Assembly: GCF_009834535.1 (NCBI RefSeq)
Contig: NC_045696.1
Span: 81,284,001 to 81,348,000, forward strand
Length of the DNA: 64,000 nucleotides
Source of the DNA: Camelus ferus
Taxonomy: Eukaryota
Direction: 5' to 3'
Part shown: piece by piece, positions 41,385-56,055 of the stretch
Layout of the letters: each line of letters begins with the position of its first letter
How positions within the stretch are numbered: the stretch's first letter is position 1
Program-made: the position numbers and the translations under genes
Notes under the pieces: generated by a model
What the model was told of the DNA's origin: nothing
What the model saw: the letters and a program-made list of their open reading frames with translations, nothing else
Databases searched by the model: none

Positions 41385-42150
41385 AAAACAATTGACTATA
41401 AATACACACCAATTGTATGATCCAGCCATTCTTCTCCTAGGTATTTACTTAAATGAAAGCATACATCCATACAGAGACTTGTACATGAGTATGTGTAGCA
41501 GCTTTCTTTTCAATAGCCTTGCCTGAAAACAACCCAAATGTCCATCAACCAGAGAATGCTTAAACAAATTGTAGTGTATCCATACGATGGAACACTGCTC
41601 GGCAGTGAGTGGACTGAAGTACCAGTAACACGCTGCAATGCTGCAAAGTGGATGGACCTTATATACATTATGCTAAGTGAAAGAATCCAGAGAATTTCAT
41701 GTTATATACAACTTAGAAGATGCAAACTAGTCCGTAGGGACAGAAAGAGATCAGTGGTTGCCTTGGAACAGGAACTGGGGTTGGGGACAGGACAGCCAGG
41801 AAGGAGAGACTACAAAGGGTCAAGTCGGGGGTAGGGTGTAACTCAAGTGGTAGAGCGCATGCTTAGCATACACAGGGTCCTGGGTTCAGTCCCTGGTACC
41901 TCCTCTGAAAATAAATAAGTAAGTAAACCCAGTCACCTCCCCCCAAATTAAAATAAATAAGTAAATATATTTTCTTAAATTTTTAAAAGGAGGCAAGTGG
42001 GACCTTTTGGGGTGATGGATGTGTTTGCTGTCTTGATTGTGGTGAAGGTTTCACAGGTGCGCACACACATCAAACCCTTTCAAATGGCACACTTTAAATA
42101 CGCGCAGCTAATTATATGACAACTATACCTCAGTGATGGTGTTAAAAGGA
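41385..42150 (+). mobile_element. Old L1M (MC/MD-like) 3' end, interrupted by a SINE
   Basis: aacaacccaaatgtccatcaacc...cattatgctaagtgaaagaa...ttttggggtgatgga...tcttgattgtggtg. Confidence 0.8.
41827..41984 (+). mobile_element. tRNA-derived SINE (Vic-1 type) inserted in an old L1 3' end
   Basis: gggggtagggtgtaactcaagtggtagagcgc...ctgggttcagtccc plus aaataaataa...cacctcccccc tail; L1 sequence resumes after it. Confidence 0.85.
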
Positions 42151-42459
42151 GTTGAATAGCAGCAATTTCATGTGGTTCAATCAATAGAGGAATTTTAGTG
42201 GTAAAATAATTTTTAAAACCTTATATTCATTTTTCATACATTTATTGAAAACTCACCATGCGTCCAGCACCATGAAAGGTATTATCAATGAAAAGTGAAT
42301 GAGGCTGTTCCCACTTTCAAACTTGGTGGGCAAAACAGGTTTGTAAAGAGACGGCTTGATGGCTTTCCCACAGGCAGTTCTGAAGCAGTTGCCAGGCTTA
42401 GCCAAGTTCTCCTTTGTCGACTGCATTTACACATATGTCGTGCCTTCCTTCTTTTTCAG

Positions 42460-42514
42460 AGTGACTTGTGGTCTTTGGGAATCACCGCTATTGAGATGGC
42501 AGAAGGTGCTCCCC
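42460..42514 (+). CDS. TNIK: TNIK exon 8 (SDLWSLGITAIEMAEGAP)
   Basis: ttttcag|AGT ... CCCC|gtaagt; 55 nt. Confidence 0.96.
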
Positions 42515-42969
42515 GTAAGTACCTTCCTCAGGGTGAGATCTGTGGCTGGTCTGCTCTGCGGGCACCGAAGCTTCCTTGCCAGGAGCTGCAGTGGCTTTCC
42601 TTCTGCTACACCGAGCCCTGCGTGGATCCGAGCTGGCGTATTTAGAGAGCATAGTCGTCTGAAATCAACCGGGAATCCATTCATTTCAGAGTGGTGTGAG
42701 GCTCTTGTATTCATGAGTGGAAACAGGGAAGAGAAGGGAAGCACACTTTGAGGAGTCTTGTTTGTTTACAGACCCAGTGGGTAGTTTATTCCTGAACTAT
42801 TCTTTGTCGAACATAAAACTGGGACCAAACCACAAAGACTATAAATGCCAACGTAAGGAAAACTGAAAGTCAATTTTCAGGGCACAGGTTACGTGAACAC
42901 TTGTACCCACTTGCTCTCACTCCTATTAAAATACTGATGTTTAGATTTGTAGATTTTTCCCTGCTTATT

Positions 42970-43465
42970 TGAGGCAGAGTGGCCCAGGCTCTGGCTACCT
43001 GGAGAACCTCTCCAATTCCTTGAGATCTGAAGTACTGGCCCTGGAGGGTGCCTCTACCAGCCCCGAGGTAGCCACCCGCACATGCCTCAGGGACCCCACG
43101 CAGGAGGTGCAACTGACCAGGGGCGGCTGCCGTGATGGCATGGAGGCTGCACCTCCCAAGGGCCACTCTCCAGTAGGGACCGAGAGCGGCAGGGACCCTT
43201 TCCCGGAAGATGCAGGATTTCTTTAAAGGCAGCTTTCATTCTTTCGTGTCCCTCTTGGCTTCCTGACAGGACAGTCTTGCACACTGCCACCTACTTTCTC
43301 TCCCTCTCACCTTTACTCCCATGACTTGTGTGGCAATCTGACAACTCTCCCAGCCTCCTTTGGCTCCCTCTCTGTTTCTTTTCAGGCAGGAACTTCCCCC
43401 AGTAATATCTTACCATGTTTAATAACAGCTTGGGGTCTGCTTTTCAGAGGACCCTGAACAAAAGA
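42970..43465 (+). mobile_element. ERVL-type solo LTR (MER74/MER73-like)
   Basis: 3' end cttggggtctgcttttcagaggaccctgaac resembles the ERVL LTR terminus (recall only). Confidence 0.5.
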
Positions 43466-44358
43466 GGCCCCTTATTTGCATGATAGGTCCTAGTGCTCAT
43501 GACTTTTTAGCCTTAAGTCATCATAACCTTTTTATTTCTCACTCACAGAATTCATCTGCAGCATGACTGACTTGGAATGTTTGTCAACACAGTTCCCCTC
43601 ATCCGCAATTCTAATTGGCATTTATGAAGCGGAAAAACAATACATGGCAGTCTTAAAGCCATATTATCATTCCTCATGAGTAGTGGAGTAAACAGACTTC
43701 TACCTACCGAGTCCTTTAGCTTTTCAGGAGAATATATTCTTATTCTAGGCACAAAGGAAAAGATACTCCCAGATGTTTGAAAAGCAGACTAGGGAAATAT
43801 TTTTATTAAAATAAGAATGCATGAGTATTTTCACTATAAATGATAATATCATATTGCAAGTTGAGATATTTTTGTAACTCTTCTGCCCGATTTTCTTGGC
43901 CTTAATCCTCCAGTCTTCCTGGGGCCATTGAACAAAACAAAACCCCAAAATCCATCATGAAAAGCCTGAAAAACCATTCAAGGTGTTTGGAAATACAGAG
44001 AGAATGTCCTTCTGGTCTAGTGTTTTAGACTCTAAAAAACCATGTAGATAACTTTGCATTTGGATGAGTTTTCAATATATAAGAGATAGACCATGGATTA
44101 TAAAATATCTTTTATTTTCTGACTTGAGATTTTACTAATTAAAAGTACATCTCCATAGTAGTTGTTATCTTGATGTTGTTTACAGTGAGTCTTAGATGTT
44201 TATATATAGAAATGCAAAGATTGTTGAGCCTTTAACTTGTTTTCCTTGAAAATGAAATGAAAGTAGACATGTTAACAATTTCTAGTTGAAACATGTTGGA
44301 TTTTCGGAGACTCCTGTAATCAGCTTATTTAAATGGTCACGAAACAGAAGCTTCATGA

Positions 44359-44568
<210 letters not shown>

Positions 44569-44929
44569 TGAGTCTGGTCTTCAGAGCTAAGGGCAAGGCT
44601 TTCTCTTTTGGATGGCTCAGATCCTTAGGTCCTGCTGACAGGGTTAGACTAATAGGTACCAAGACTTGGTGAGTGATTTTCCATATGCTGTCATTCGTCT
44701 CAAAGTACACATTAAGTACCTACTGTTTGCACAGTAAGTCTTTATCATCACACCTTCAAGGTAAGGAGCATTAGCTAAAATGGGTAGCAGAACCCAAGCA
44801 GTGACATGGAAACGCTTGGATTTCTCACTCCAAGTAGTAACTTGGCAGTGCAGACCATTTCATCAGAAAGGGTGATAGTTTAGGGAATCAGCCCGTTAGA
44901 CTAGCTGGCTTTCCTTCTGTGTCTTAAGA

Positions 44930-45215
44930 CAATAATTCCCTAAATATGTATGCACACCTGGTATTATGCAAGATGATTTCACTGCTCTGTGCATGAACAT
45001 TTATAATTTTTGTTTTTACTGTTGATTTCACTTTATGGCAGGTGACGGTGGCTTCTTATTTTGGGCAGTAACATAACCTTTCCATTTAATAAACAAATTC
45101 ATGTAAAAAGTGACTTAATTTAAAGAAAAATGCCAAGTAAATACTTGTATGGGTGGTGTAAGGATGTGGTAAAAATTGTGTGACTAGTGTAGGATTGATT
45201 GGAGTTTGGGAACAG
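44930..45215. mobile_element. Possible hAT-Charlie-type MER fossil
   Basis: aatttaaagaaaaat...aagtaaat...gtttgggaa end motif; family uncertain. Confidence 0.4.
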
Positions 45216-48200
45216 AGTTCTTCAGGTTAGGTCAGAAGTTGGACTTTTGACTTTTTGTGCACTTACGTCAGAATGTTTCTATCTTATCATTTTGTAACGA
45301 AAATTAATTGCTCCTTCCCTTCCCCCTTTGGATATGATGTATCCTGCCTGATACATTCTCGAATGTGATTCCCTTTGCCCTGGCACCAATTTGTGGACCA
45401 CTTATGACCTCCTGTCTTTTCTCAAGACATATTCTAGGCAGTCTGAGCACGCAGGCACAAGACCCTCCTGCCCCTTTTCATACCACTTCGTGATCAGGCC
45501 CTTGACAAGGCCCTCCACTATACAGAGAGCAATCTTAATTAATACTGTTGGCCAGGAACGATGTAGCAACCCCAGCAGAACAAGAGAAAGATGTGCAGCA
45601 CAGAGAGAGGGAAAGGGAACAGCCAGGAGAGACGACAGCCTTAGAGTTCTTTGCTGAGGGCTGCATGGGGGAGAGTGAGGGTTGCTATTGGTAACCAGGA
45701 GGCAGAGCATCCCCCCTCCTCTCTCCGGTGGGTCACCGTGGTGTGAGACGACCGCGCTCTCCCCAGCAACAGCCTTCCATTGGGTACCACACAGCACGTG
45801 ATCCACAGGCGCCCAGAAGCCCTGCTTCATTCCTTCTTTCTGGAACAGACTCCTGGGGAGGAGCTGGCTCGGTTCTGTCCCCTGGAAGCGTCAGTGGCAC
45901 TGCAGAGCCCTCCGATAGCTTTCTGCTTGTCCTTCAGGCCAAGGTCTCCCGGGGCAGGGGGGCCTGCTGTGTCCAGGGTCTTCACCTGCCCTGTTCCCTC
46001 CCTCCCTTCTCTGCCTTCACTGCCGCTGGACAGGTGTTCTAAGCTATTCCACGGAGGACAAACTGACCATCCACACCTGTGCTGTTTGCCCTGCACAGTG
46101 GGGCCACACACCACATTTCGGAAATATTTATGTTAATTTTCGACTTAAAAAAATCTGGCAATTGAGCATTACTTGGAGATTTCTGACCTTTTTTTACAAA
46201 GGTGCGGAGATTCTGCCCCGCTGAGTGGCTCCTGCTCCCTTGGAGGGTGAGCGTTTGTTCGTCTGTCCAGGTCACCGCCTCTCCCCAGCCCGGAAGCTGG
46301 AGTCTGTTGGTCACCACGCTTGCCCTCCTTTCCTCTTACCCTGCTCTGCACCGCCCTTTGTGTGACAATTCTGGGCCCTCAGAAGAGTGACTGACCAGCC
46401 CTTGTGCTACAGTTTCTGCTTTCGTCCACCCTGCTCCCAAGAAGCAAGTCTGCACTGACCTTGTTTGAGAAATACAGACTTGGGGAAATACAGGCTGACT
46501 TTCCTGCTTCAAACCTTTGGCAATGAGAACTAATTTTGATAATGCCACAGGGAGCTGGACCAGTCCAGGAACAGTGAGGAGGCGGGGCCGCCTGCATCTC
46601 ACCCAGCCCCCTTGCACACCCTTGCCTGGCTACGAAGGATGCAGTTAGGAGCACGGGCCCCACACTGGCAGGCAGAGGAAAGGAAGAGGACCTCGCTGTT
46701 TGAGAGCAAGGCGGGGTGAGGGGGTGGACAAAAGCCCCGGTAAAGTGCCCTTTCTGACTCCGAATCCAGCCATTACAAAGGTGGCTGTGCAGCCCCCCCG
46801 CCACCGGACGCTTGTTGAGACCCTCATTTTCTGCAACTGAACTCCAGTTTTTAAGAGGAAATGTTTAGGCACTTCAGACCAGGTTCAAAGTGATTTAAAA
46901 TAGGTTAGGGTTTGGGAGGAAGTAGAATATTTCTATTTTTCTTTTCCTTTTTTCCCCTCCTCCCCCACCAAAAGAAACAAAACTCCAAAATGTTCTTTTA
47001 TATCCAGCTACTCTCGACCTAAATTGAGTTCTCAGATGACGTGCACTGCTTCTGGTGTATATGCCAACATATGACCACGGGGAGGCGCCCTTGTGGCAGA
47101 GACAGCAGTGAACTCTTCGTTATAAGCATTCTGCTGAGGGTCATTTCCTAGAAGCAGGACTGAATCTACGACATACAAAGCATATGTATATTGTAGACTC
47201 AGCAACTTATATGTGTGTGTATTTATGATAGATACAAATGTAAGATACCTATGTAAATTATACATTTACTCTTTTTTTTTATTGAATGAAAGATTCTTTC
47301 AATTCTGCAGTGCTTTACAGTTTTCAGAAGTTTCACGCACATGATTTCGTATTATCGCATGGTAACCGTTTTCTCCGTAACCGTAACCAAGGCCTCACTT
47401 TATGGAGAGAGACTGAGGCTTAGGTGGGTTACTCTCCTTGCACAGCCTTCGTTTCCCGAGATCACAGCCCACATACTTTCTGCTGCACCATCTGGCCTCT
47501 TAAAGTTCAAGGTTAAAGTGGTAGAGAAAGAGCTATACCAGCCCCTGAGTGTGAGCACTTTTTCCCTTGAGCCGTAATATTAGGGAAAGAAAGACGGTAG
47601 CACTGCTCCTTGTCCCTTTCCCTGTGGGAGGAGAGGAAAGCACCCCTGGGAGCAGGAATCTGGCCCTTCCTCCCCCACCGCGAAGAAGCCTCTGGAAGCT
47701 AAGGAAGTCGCGTGGTCAGGGCTCCATTCAATGCTCAGACATCTGACATTCAGGTCTCCAGGAGGGTTAGGACCTCAGTGAAGTCAGAGGAGAACAAGGA
47801 TGCTCTCACCTCTGTCTCCATGTCACCAAATTCCCATGTTCTCCTCCTGCCCTTCCTCCTGTTCTATGTGTAGTCGGATTCAACCCACACGGGGGACCAT
47901 CTCCTCCCAAAGATCGCCTCTCGCTTCTCTTCCCATGGTCTTCACCCTGGCTCCCCACCCTCACATCTGTACTCCATGCTGTGGCTTCCCTCCAGGCGTC
48001 TCTGGAGAAAGACAGGGATGACTTGGTTCCTGCAAAAGATGGTCAGCCTTGTCCTTTCCACATGCCCTTCAAATATGAAGAGCCCACAAAGGCAAAGCAG
48101 CATTTGATTGAGCTCATGAGAAAAATCCTAACTGCCTATCGCTGGAAAGAGGTGTAAGATTCCTGGTCCAAACCACTCATGCTCCAGAGGAGGATTGGGG

Positions 48201-48739
48201 GCTGGTGAGGTTGCCTGGCTTATCCTGTGTCCCAGGCTCATGCCAGTCTGGAACCCCTAAGCCTTCTGCTTTTACTCCGGAGCTTACAAGCACTTCTGTT
48301 GTTTTATGAAACACCAGTTCTGCTTCTTGCTGGGCTATCAGGCACTTTAGTTTTGGAAATGAATGTTCTTTGTGCTGCTCTAAATAAAATAATGATAATA
48401 GAAAGGAAGTATCAGAAAAATACTTTAAATAGGCTGAATTTACCAGCAGTCGTGTGACTTTGGACTTAAAATAAAGCAAAAATTGCCACACAAACTTTTA
48501 AACTTAACATTTTTTGGCAGTGTCCTCAGAGATAATGGTCCTGTTGACACTTCCTGCTAATGCATTTATTCCTAATGTATGTGGAATAATTCCTTTAAAG
48601 AACTCTATGCTATTGGATTCAACACAAGTGAGGAAAAACACCTTCAAATTTCTACTCCTGGCCCTCAAGGCAGATCCTCCTGTTCTGTTAGCCTGGTGAT
48701 GGTCAGGATCTGCTGGGACATTGTCATGGCAGTAATAAG

Positions 48740-48950
48740 AAGAATAATAACAATAATAGCAACACACATACAGCATTTATGATGTAACAGGCATGGTTCT
48801 AAGGATTTCACATGAGTTAACTCATTTAAAGATCGCAGCAGTCTTTTGAGCTAAGTGTTAACAATATCCCAATTTGCAGCCAGGGAAACTGAGGCACAGA
48901 GAAATTAAGTAATCTGCCCAAAATTGCACCATTAGTAAATGATGGACCCT
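48740..48950 (-). mobile_element. MIR SINE
   Basis: gggaaactgaggcacagagaaattaagtaatctgccca. Confidence 0.75.
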
Positions 48951-51750
48951 GAAGTAGACAAAAAAAAAAGGGCAGTTCTGGGCAAATGCAAAATTTTAAA
49001 GATCATTTGCATTTAGGGAGTCTGAAGATTACCAAAAACTTTTAGCCCAGCCGGTTATAGTGGTTAATGTAATAATCCTTCAGGCATTTTTAATTCCTCT
49101 AACACAATTTAATATGTAAACAGGAAAAATCTGGTAAGATTAAGTGTTCAGTGACACCGATATGAGAAGATCTAGGGCCTCAGACTGTAAGCACCAATCG
49201 CTAACATTTATCTCTCCATGCCAACCCTTGGGAAATTAGTAATATAAATCTTGGGCTTTTTTTTTTTTTCTGTAAGAGACAGAACTAAATTATGGGCAGC
49301 CAAGATTGAAACAATAAAGTTACATAAAGGTCCTTTAAGTCCCTCAGGCCTCTCGGCCAAGAGTCAGGTGGTGCTCAATATAGTGTTTTTACTTTTAATT
49401 AAATGTGTAATTAAGCAAATCGATTCCTGGTCGGCTAACTTAAATAAGAGACAATGAATCTTTCTTTGAAGATTTGTTTTAAGGAAGCATTATTTTCTCT
49501 TCAAGCAGAACCGTTTGAAGGAGACGTGGGAGAGACTGCCAGGTTTATAGATCTGCCAGCTTTGCGGATCCTTTGGGCCAAAGATATTCTCTTGAATGTC
49601 TCTTGAGGTTTCTTCCCTCCAGGAGAGACTCTGGAAAAAAGGAATCTGTGCTATAGCCGGTTCCATTCAACTCCCTGAACACTCTCTCATCCTGAAGATG
49701 TCTATGACTTTTGTTAGGTGTCAGTATTGGGGAATGGAATGTACAGTCGATTAAGTCTGGATATTATTTTTAAATTTGGTGTGATTTCTTTTATGTATCA
49801 TCCCCTAATGAATAGTTCAGCACTTTATAAAAAGCAATCTCTTCCTTCTCGTGGCAAGCAGAAAAAAGAGAACTGCTATTTGCATTCCTGGTGAATATTT
49901 AATAGCTTCCTGTCTTAATTTGTTTTTGTTCTCATCTTTTTAGTACTGATTTTTTACCTAGTAGAGTACTGTGTGGAGTGTGTCTGCTTGTTTATAGGTT
50001 AACTTTATTCACTTTATTCCTTAGGACATTATTTTTTTTTTGCAAGTTCCCTCCTTAGATAATACCACAGTAGTGCCTCCACAGATTAAGGTGATGGACA
50101 GAAAGAAAGCGTATTCAGTAGTTCTTCTTTCCAAGCCCTCCCCCCGTCCTCACAAGCACGGATTTAAAGGTAGCCGCATTACAGCTCTTATCTAGAACTT
50201 TCATCTGATAACCATTCATGCACGCATTCATTTGTCAGACACGAGTTGTGCTCACGACACGAAGATGACTCAGGCACATCCCAGCCATGGGGAGAATTTC
50301 CAGTGTGGAGGAGGCAGGGGTTCTGGCTGAAGGACTTAATGGGAGGTGCTTAGAATGTCCATCCTGCTGAACTGTTTCTAGTCCACTGTGTTGCCAATCC
50401 TGATTCGTCCCAGGCCGACCCCGGGCATGTAAAATAATGTCAAATCTTGAACATAGCATAGAAATTTAAGGAGGAAAAAACTACTGATAATTCAGTACTG
50501 CTTTGAAAACATGGAGTAAAGTGAGAAAGTGAATTGACCTGGGCAGCAGTGGAGAGTGGTGCATATACCAGGGCCCTCTCACAGCTGAATCTTGAAGAAC
50601 ATGCTCACCATTGTGTTCTGTGTGGTGAGGACACCTTTCAGACCCAAAGACACAATTAGGACCTGCTGGGGCGCTTGGAAAAGCTTCTCTGGGGACCCGC
50701 TCCTGTAACTCTCCAGTGCGCCATGGGAGGGCGACAGAGAGCACAAAATGGCTTCATTCCTGAGAAGGGTGGGGACAGTTAGGAGGGTGACCAGGGTTCT
50801 CCCAAGGTCTCTGAGTTGACATCCAGTGATGTGCCTTGCTGACAGTGGAGCACCTCAGAAAGGCATGTTATAGAGTCAAGAGCTTAATTATTTATGATGC
50901 GTGACAAATTCTTGGAACTTTCAGCCAGAACATGCATGCCCAACTCGTGAATCAGAGCTAAAGTCCACCATTAATTCCTACCACATTGTGGACTTGTGCC
51001 CTAATCGCTGGTGTCTCTCACCAGCTTTCCCCTGTCCCTTCAGAGCTCGTCTCTGAGGAAATGGCGCCTTTCTAGAAGAAGATAAATTTGCTTCTGTGTA
51101 TAAAATAAGTCCCTTAAAGTTAAGTTTCCAAATCCATGGATTTGATAGCAAACATACTCAGACATCCTGTTTTTATTCGTTGGAAAGCAAAGTTCAAAAA
51201 TGATCCCAAAATTTCCAGTTAGAAAATTTCCCTAATCAAGTTCTTTTTACCATCTAAGAATCTTGCTCATTTCTACAAAAATGTACTCCCCCTTACCTAT
51301 CTAACCCTGGTTTTACTTCTCCCAGCCTGTGTTTCCTGCCTTGTTCAGACAGCTCACCTCAGTGTCCCCCGACATATAGGACACTCAATCCCAGCTTTAG
51401 TGTTTCACTGATTTCCTACCTCCCTGAACTATCCTTTCCCAAGAGTGATTTTCTCCTAATTTTTTAAGGCTCAGCTCTATTTCCCTCATTCCAATAGACC
51501 TTCCAGGTATGACACCCATTGGGGTCTTCCTCTTCTTTCATGCCTACTGGTCTGTGTGATATTACATATAAACTATTAAACATTGTCATGTATGTAACTA
51601 CCGTGCAGTGCCTGAACTGTGTATTAATGGTAATGATGCCTTTGGACCCCATTGTACCTGATAGAGAACCAGACCTACCTCGTGATTGGTTGATCCCTAC
51701 GTAGCTGATCGGATTTATCCCCACCCCCCACCTTTTTTTTTTCATTCTAG

Positions 51751-52119
<369 letters not shown>

Positions 52120-53619
52120 TAGGGCTGCCTCTGGGATCATAGCCTGTGGGCATCAGTGGAGCGAGACTGCCAAGATGGAGTCTTTCATGAAAGAACTGCG
52201 AGAGACATTACCTTTCCCAGGCACCCAACAAAAAGTCGTGTTGAGTGAAACTATGAAGTGGTTTAATATGACAAAGGATTTTCTTAATTCAAATGAATAT
52301 TCATGTTTCAAAGACTAAAAATCTACAGAAGACAGGCAACCCTTAAAAAAAAACTTTGAGTTGACATTTTTCATTCCTGGCATTCTTCGCCATTTAAGTT
52401 TCTGTGCTCTGAATTTTTTGTGTTCACTTCTAATTGAGTTATTTGGAAGTCAGAATGACTCTTCTGATAGTCACAGCGATGGAAAAGAGGTTGCTGTACG
52501 GAACAGCCCATTTTGAGCTGGAAGATTATTTAATGTATTTCTTTATTTTGTAAGTTCAAAACCTCTTATGGCTCTAGCTGTTAATACCGCATTGTCCTTT
52601 CACTGCATCGTCAGAAAGGACATGATTCCAAACTTGAGGTCTGGGGGCTGAGCCCAAGCTGTTTGAATAGAGACTCAACAGTCGTTAACCAGCATCCTGA
52701 CGGAGGTGAAAACACACGTGGTCTGGGGCAGGTTTTATGACTAGTTGGATTTGGAGGTAGGGAAGGTTGAGAATGGGAAGGAGGCGGGGTTTGCAGAGAA
52801 CAGACGGGGTGACAGCTCCCTGGTGGGAGCAGGAGGGGGCAGCTGGCGGGCTGACAGCGAGGAGTCAGGATGGGGCCGGCCAGGCCAGGTGGGCACGAAG
52901 CACATGGGGAGTGGAGGGTCGGGGGAAGGCCAGGGACCAGGGTGGGAGGTATGTGGTGAAGCTCGTCCCCGCTTCTGTCCTCGCCACCTCTCTCCTCTGT
53001 TCTTCACGATCCAGGTGGTGGGCAGCACAGGACAGAGGGTGCTCTTCTTTCATTTGACTTTCCCTTCGCCTTTGCCTCTGCAGTTATTATCTGTAATGTG
53101 GCAAGGTATGAGCAGGGTCCTAAAGGGGGAGCAGTAAGCAGTGTAGGAGTCAAGACTGGGCAGAGGTAAGATCGGCAGAGGTGAGAGGAGGAGGAGCAAC
53201 CCTCCATGAAAGTTCAAGGGAAGAGTTTTTTCTTTACAGCCAGCCTCGGGGACTCAGGAAAATAGTATGATCGGATTAGACTCAAGAGCAGGAGGTTCTG
53301 AACCAAAAAGGAGGCTCATCTCCAGTTGTTAGTGGGTGGAGAGGGGTGAGGTGTCAATCAGAACCCAAGGAGCTGGGAGGGCAGCCCACGCTGGAGGCCC
53401 CAGGCATGGAGAGACATAGATACGTCAGGGTCCCAAAGTGCTGGTTTTTCCAACTGCTGGTTATTAATAGTGGTCTTGGGCCACTCCAGGAAGTCAGAAT
53501 TTTAAAGGGAAGAATCTAAGGCAGTGTGTCAGACACGCAGCCATTAAAGGCCGACTTCTCTAGAAAGGAAACGTATTTTGCTGTAGGGATATAGAGTCGG
53601 TGAGGTGCTTGAGCTCTTG

Positions 53620-53840
53620 TTTTCAGGCTCCAATTCTCAGTTCAAATTCTCTACTTCTACCCCTAAATAGTTGTGTGAACTTCACCTCAGTTTTCTCAGC
53701 TTTAAAATGGGAGTAGGGGTCCAATAATAATTAGTATGGTAGGCATTGTTGCAAAGATTAAATGAGATTGTGCATATAAAATGCTTCATCCAACATCTGG
53801 CACATCGATGTACTCAATAAACATAAGCTATTCTTATTTA
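53620..53840 (+). mobile_element. MIR SINE
   Basis: cctcagttttctcagctttaaaatggg...aagattaaatgaga...tactcaataaa. Confidence 0.7.
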
Positions 53841-55399
53841 GACGATTCTTTATTGGCCTATAATTTTTCAGTACTATTCAAGGTTATTTTCTGAGATCGT
53901 GTGACCTCTTTGCCACTGACCTGTAAGAATGAGTAAAGCTTGTACCTTGGGTGTTTTCACATTTGGCGGGGCACAAACTCTTAAAATGTGATTCTGAACT
54001 CATCACTCCATGAAAACAGACTATTCTGAGTGTGCTCCTTCTCTGCAGAGTAGAAGAGTAAGGTTCTTGGTAGGAGGTATACCCCAGAGTTGCACAGGGA
54101 CTGAAGGAACCTAATTCTGTTAGGCTTAGAGCCACCCACTGCCGTCTTTTTTGTCTGCTCCCCAGGAAAGAGTATTGCTCAAATGAGACCTCATTCCAAC
54201 TGCTCAGTTTGATTCAATGACTTAATTTGCTCTTTCTAATACTTTTTCACTCTCTTTGTAGCTCGAAGACCAGCTTTTGGTAGACTCAAATAATTTTAAT
54301 TGGGCACTGCTTTGTGATTTTTTTTTAATCTGCTATTATTGTTTCCTTCAGATATGTTGATACATGCTAATTTAAGCCAGTAATATAAAAGCAATCATGC
54401 CAGATTCTGGTGAAGTAATACAGTTGAGAAGCCTGACAAATGAAGGTCTTACCCTAGAGAGTAGAAATAATTAATTGTGTGCTGCTTTTCCTTGCTATAA
54501 TTTACTTTACTAGATAACATTTCTGCATTTTACTTTGAACTCTCTGTTGATTCATTTCTGAAAAGTCTGGAATATTAAGCTTTCAATGTGGAATATTGAA
54601 ACACTTTATGAAGGTTACTTACATTTTGGTGAAATAATACTTTAAAAATAAGTAGCCTGCAAACTTCATACATATCTAAATATATGGAGCTAATTTTTAT
54701 ATTTATTTTTTTTTAATTTTTAAATTTTTTAAAAATATTTTTAGAAGTACACTTGAAATCATTATGCTTTGGCTTCCTTTCATCATCCTTTTAATGGCTA
54801 AATAGTGTGGAAAGCAAAATGTTTATGATCAAATTCAACAGTTCTCATCATGTGACTGCTGCCTCCTGGTGGTAACATAACCAAATTGCAGTTTCAGTTC
54901 TTTTTTCTGGGTGCACCAATGTCTTCAAAGTTGTAATTACTAACCCACAGCTATGAAGGAATGACAGCACTGAGACACTGTCTCTTGCTTAAAATGAAAA
55001 GCTCCACCAAAGGCTCACCATTGCCCACAGAAAAGTCCTCAGCATGGTGTATCTAAAGATCGGCAAGCCACCTCAGACCTGCTGGCCTTTCTCGCTCCAT
55101 CTGCTTCCTCACACCAGACATCTAGCCACTCACGACTCAGTGTTTCCTGAACATTCATGCACTGTAATATCGTCAGCCTTACTCAGGTGGCTGCATTGCT
55201 TAGAATGTCCCTTTCCCACCATGTTCAGCTGCCATCTGCCTGGAAAAGGGCTACTCACCTTCCGATCTGGCTCATTTCCTCCTCAAAGATGTCACTGTTC
55301 CCCTCCCCTATCATAACCCGTGGACTGAGCTGCTCCTTTCTCTAATATCTCATTGCTCTTTTTATGTACTTGTATTTAGTATATAATATGTGAAAATGA

Positions 55400-55620
55400 G
55401 CACTAATTTTAAAGTTGGAAAAATTCTGGATTGAATTCTAAATCCAAATCTCAGATTTGTTGAGATGACATTGGTCATATTACTTAACCATGTGTAATCT
55501 CAGTATCTTCGCTTGGAAAATGGGCATTATGTTAAAGGATTGTTATGAGAAGTAAATGAGAGAACATAAGTGTATGGCATAGTGACTGGCATGGGCGATA
55601 CCCGATAAGATTAGTTCTCT
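55400..55620 (+). mobile_element. MIR SINE
   Basis: ttacttaacc...tctcagtatcttcgcttggaaaatggg...gattgttatgagaagtaaatgag. Confidence 0.65.
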
Positions 55621-55663
55621 TTCTTCCTAATCGTGTAGACCCTGAATATTCACTTGTATATCT

Positions 55664-55909
55664 TTTTTTTTTTTTTTTGAGTTATAGTCAGTTTACAATA
55701 TTGTGTCAATTTCTGGTGTACAACACAATTTTTCAGTCATACATGAATATACATATATTTGTTTTCATATTCTTTTTTACCGTGAGCTACTACAAGATCT
55801 TGAATATTATTTCCCCCTTGTTATACAGTATAAACTTGTTTATCTATTCTATATATACCCTGTCAGTATCTATAAATCTTGAACTCCCAGTCTGTCCCTT
55901 CCCACCCCC
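55664..55909 (-). mobile_element. Young lineage-specific L1 3' UTR fragment with poly(A)
   Basis: Clearly alignable to 29195-29427 (ttgagttatagtca...gaactcccagtct.tcccttcccacccc); T16 run at 55663-55678. Confidence 0.88.
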
Positions 55910-55917
55910 AAGGACAG

Positions 55918-56055
55918 TTTTCTTTTCTTTTTTTTTGGTATGAGGGAGGTAATTAGGGTTTATTTATTTATTTATTTAATGAAGGCACTGGGGATTGAAC
56001 CCAGAACTTCCTGCATGCTAAGCACATGCTCTACCACTGAGCTGTCCCCTCCCGC
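55918..56055 (-). mobile_element. tRNA-derived SINE (Vic-1 type), 5' part of SINE-L1 composite
   Basis: B box ggttcaatcc on minus strand; same tail motif as the copies at 25284 and 41827. Confidence 0.88.

Noticed and set aside
45391..46872. Cluster of overlapping 90-140 aa ORFs in GC-rich intron 9
   Set aside because: Present in many frames on both strands with no recognisable domain; explained by local GC content
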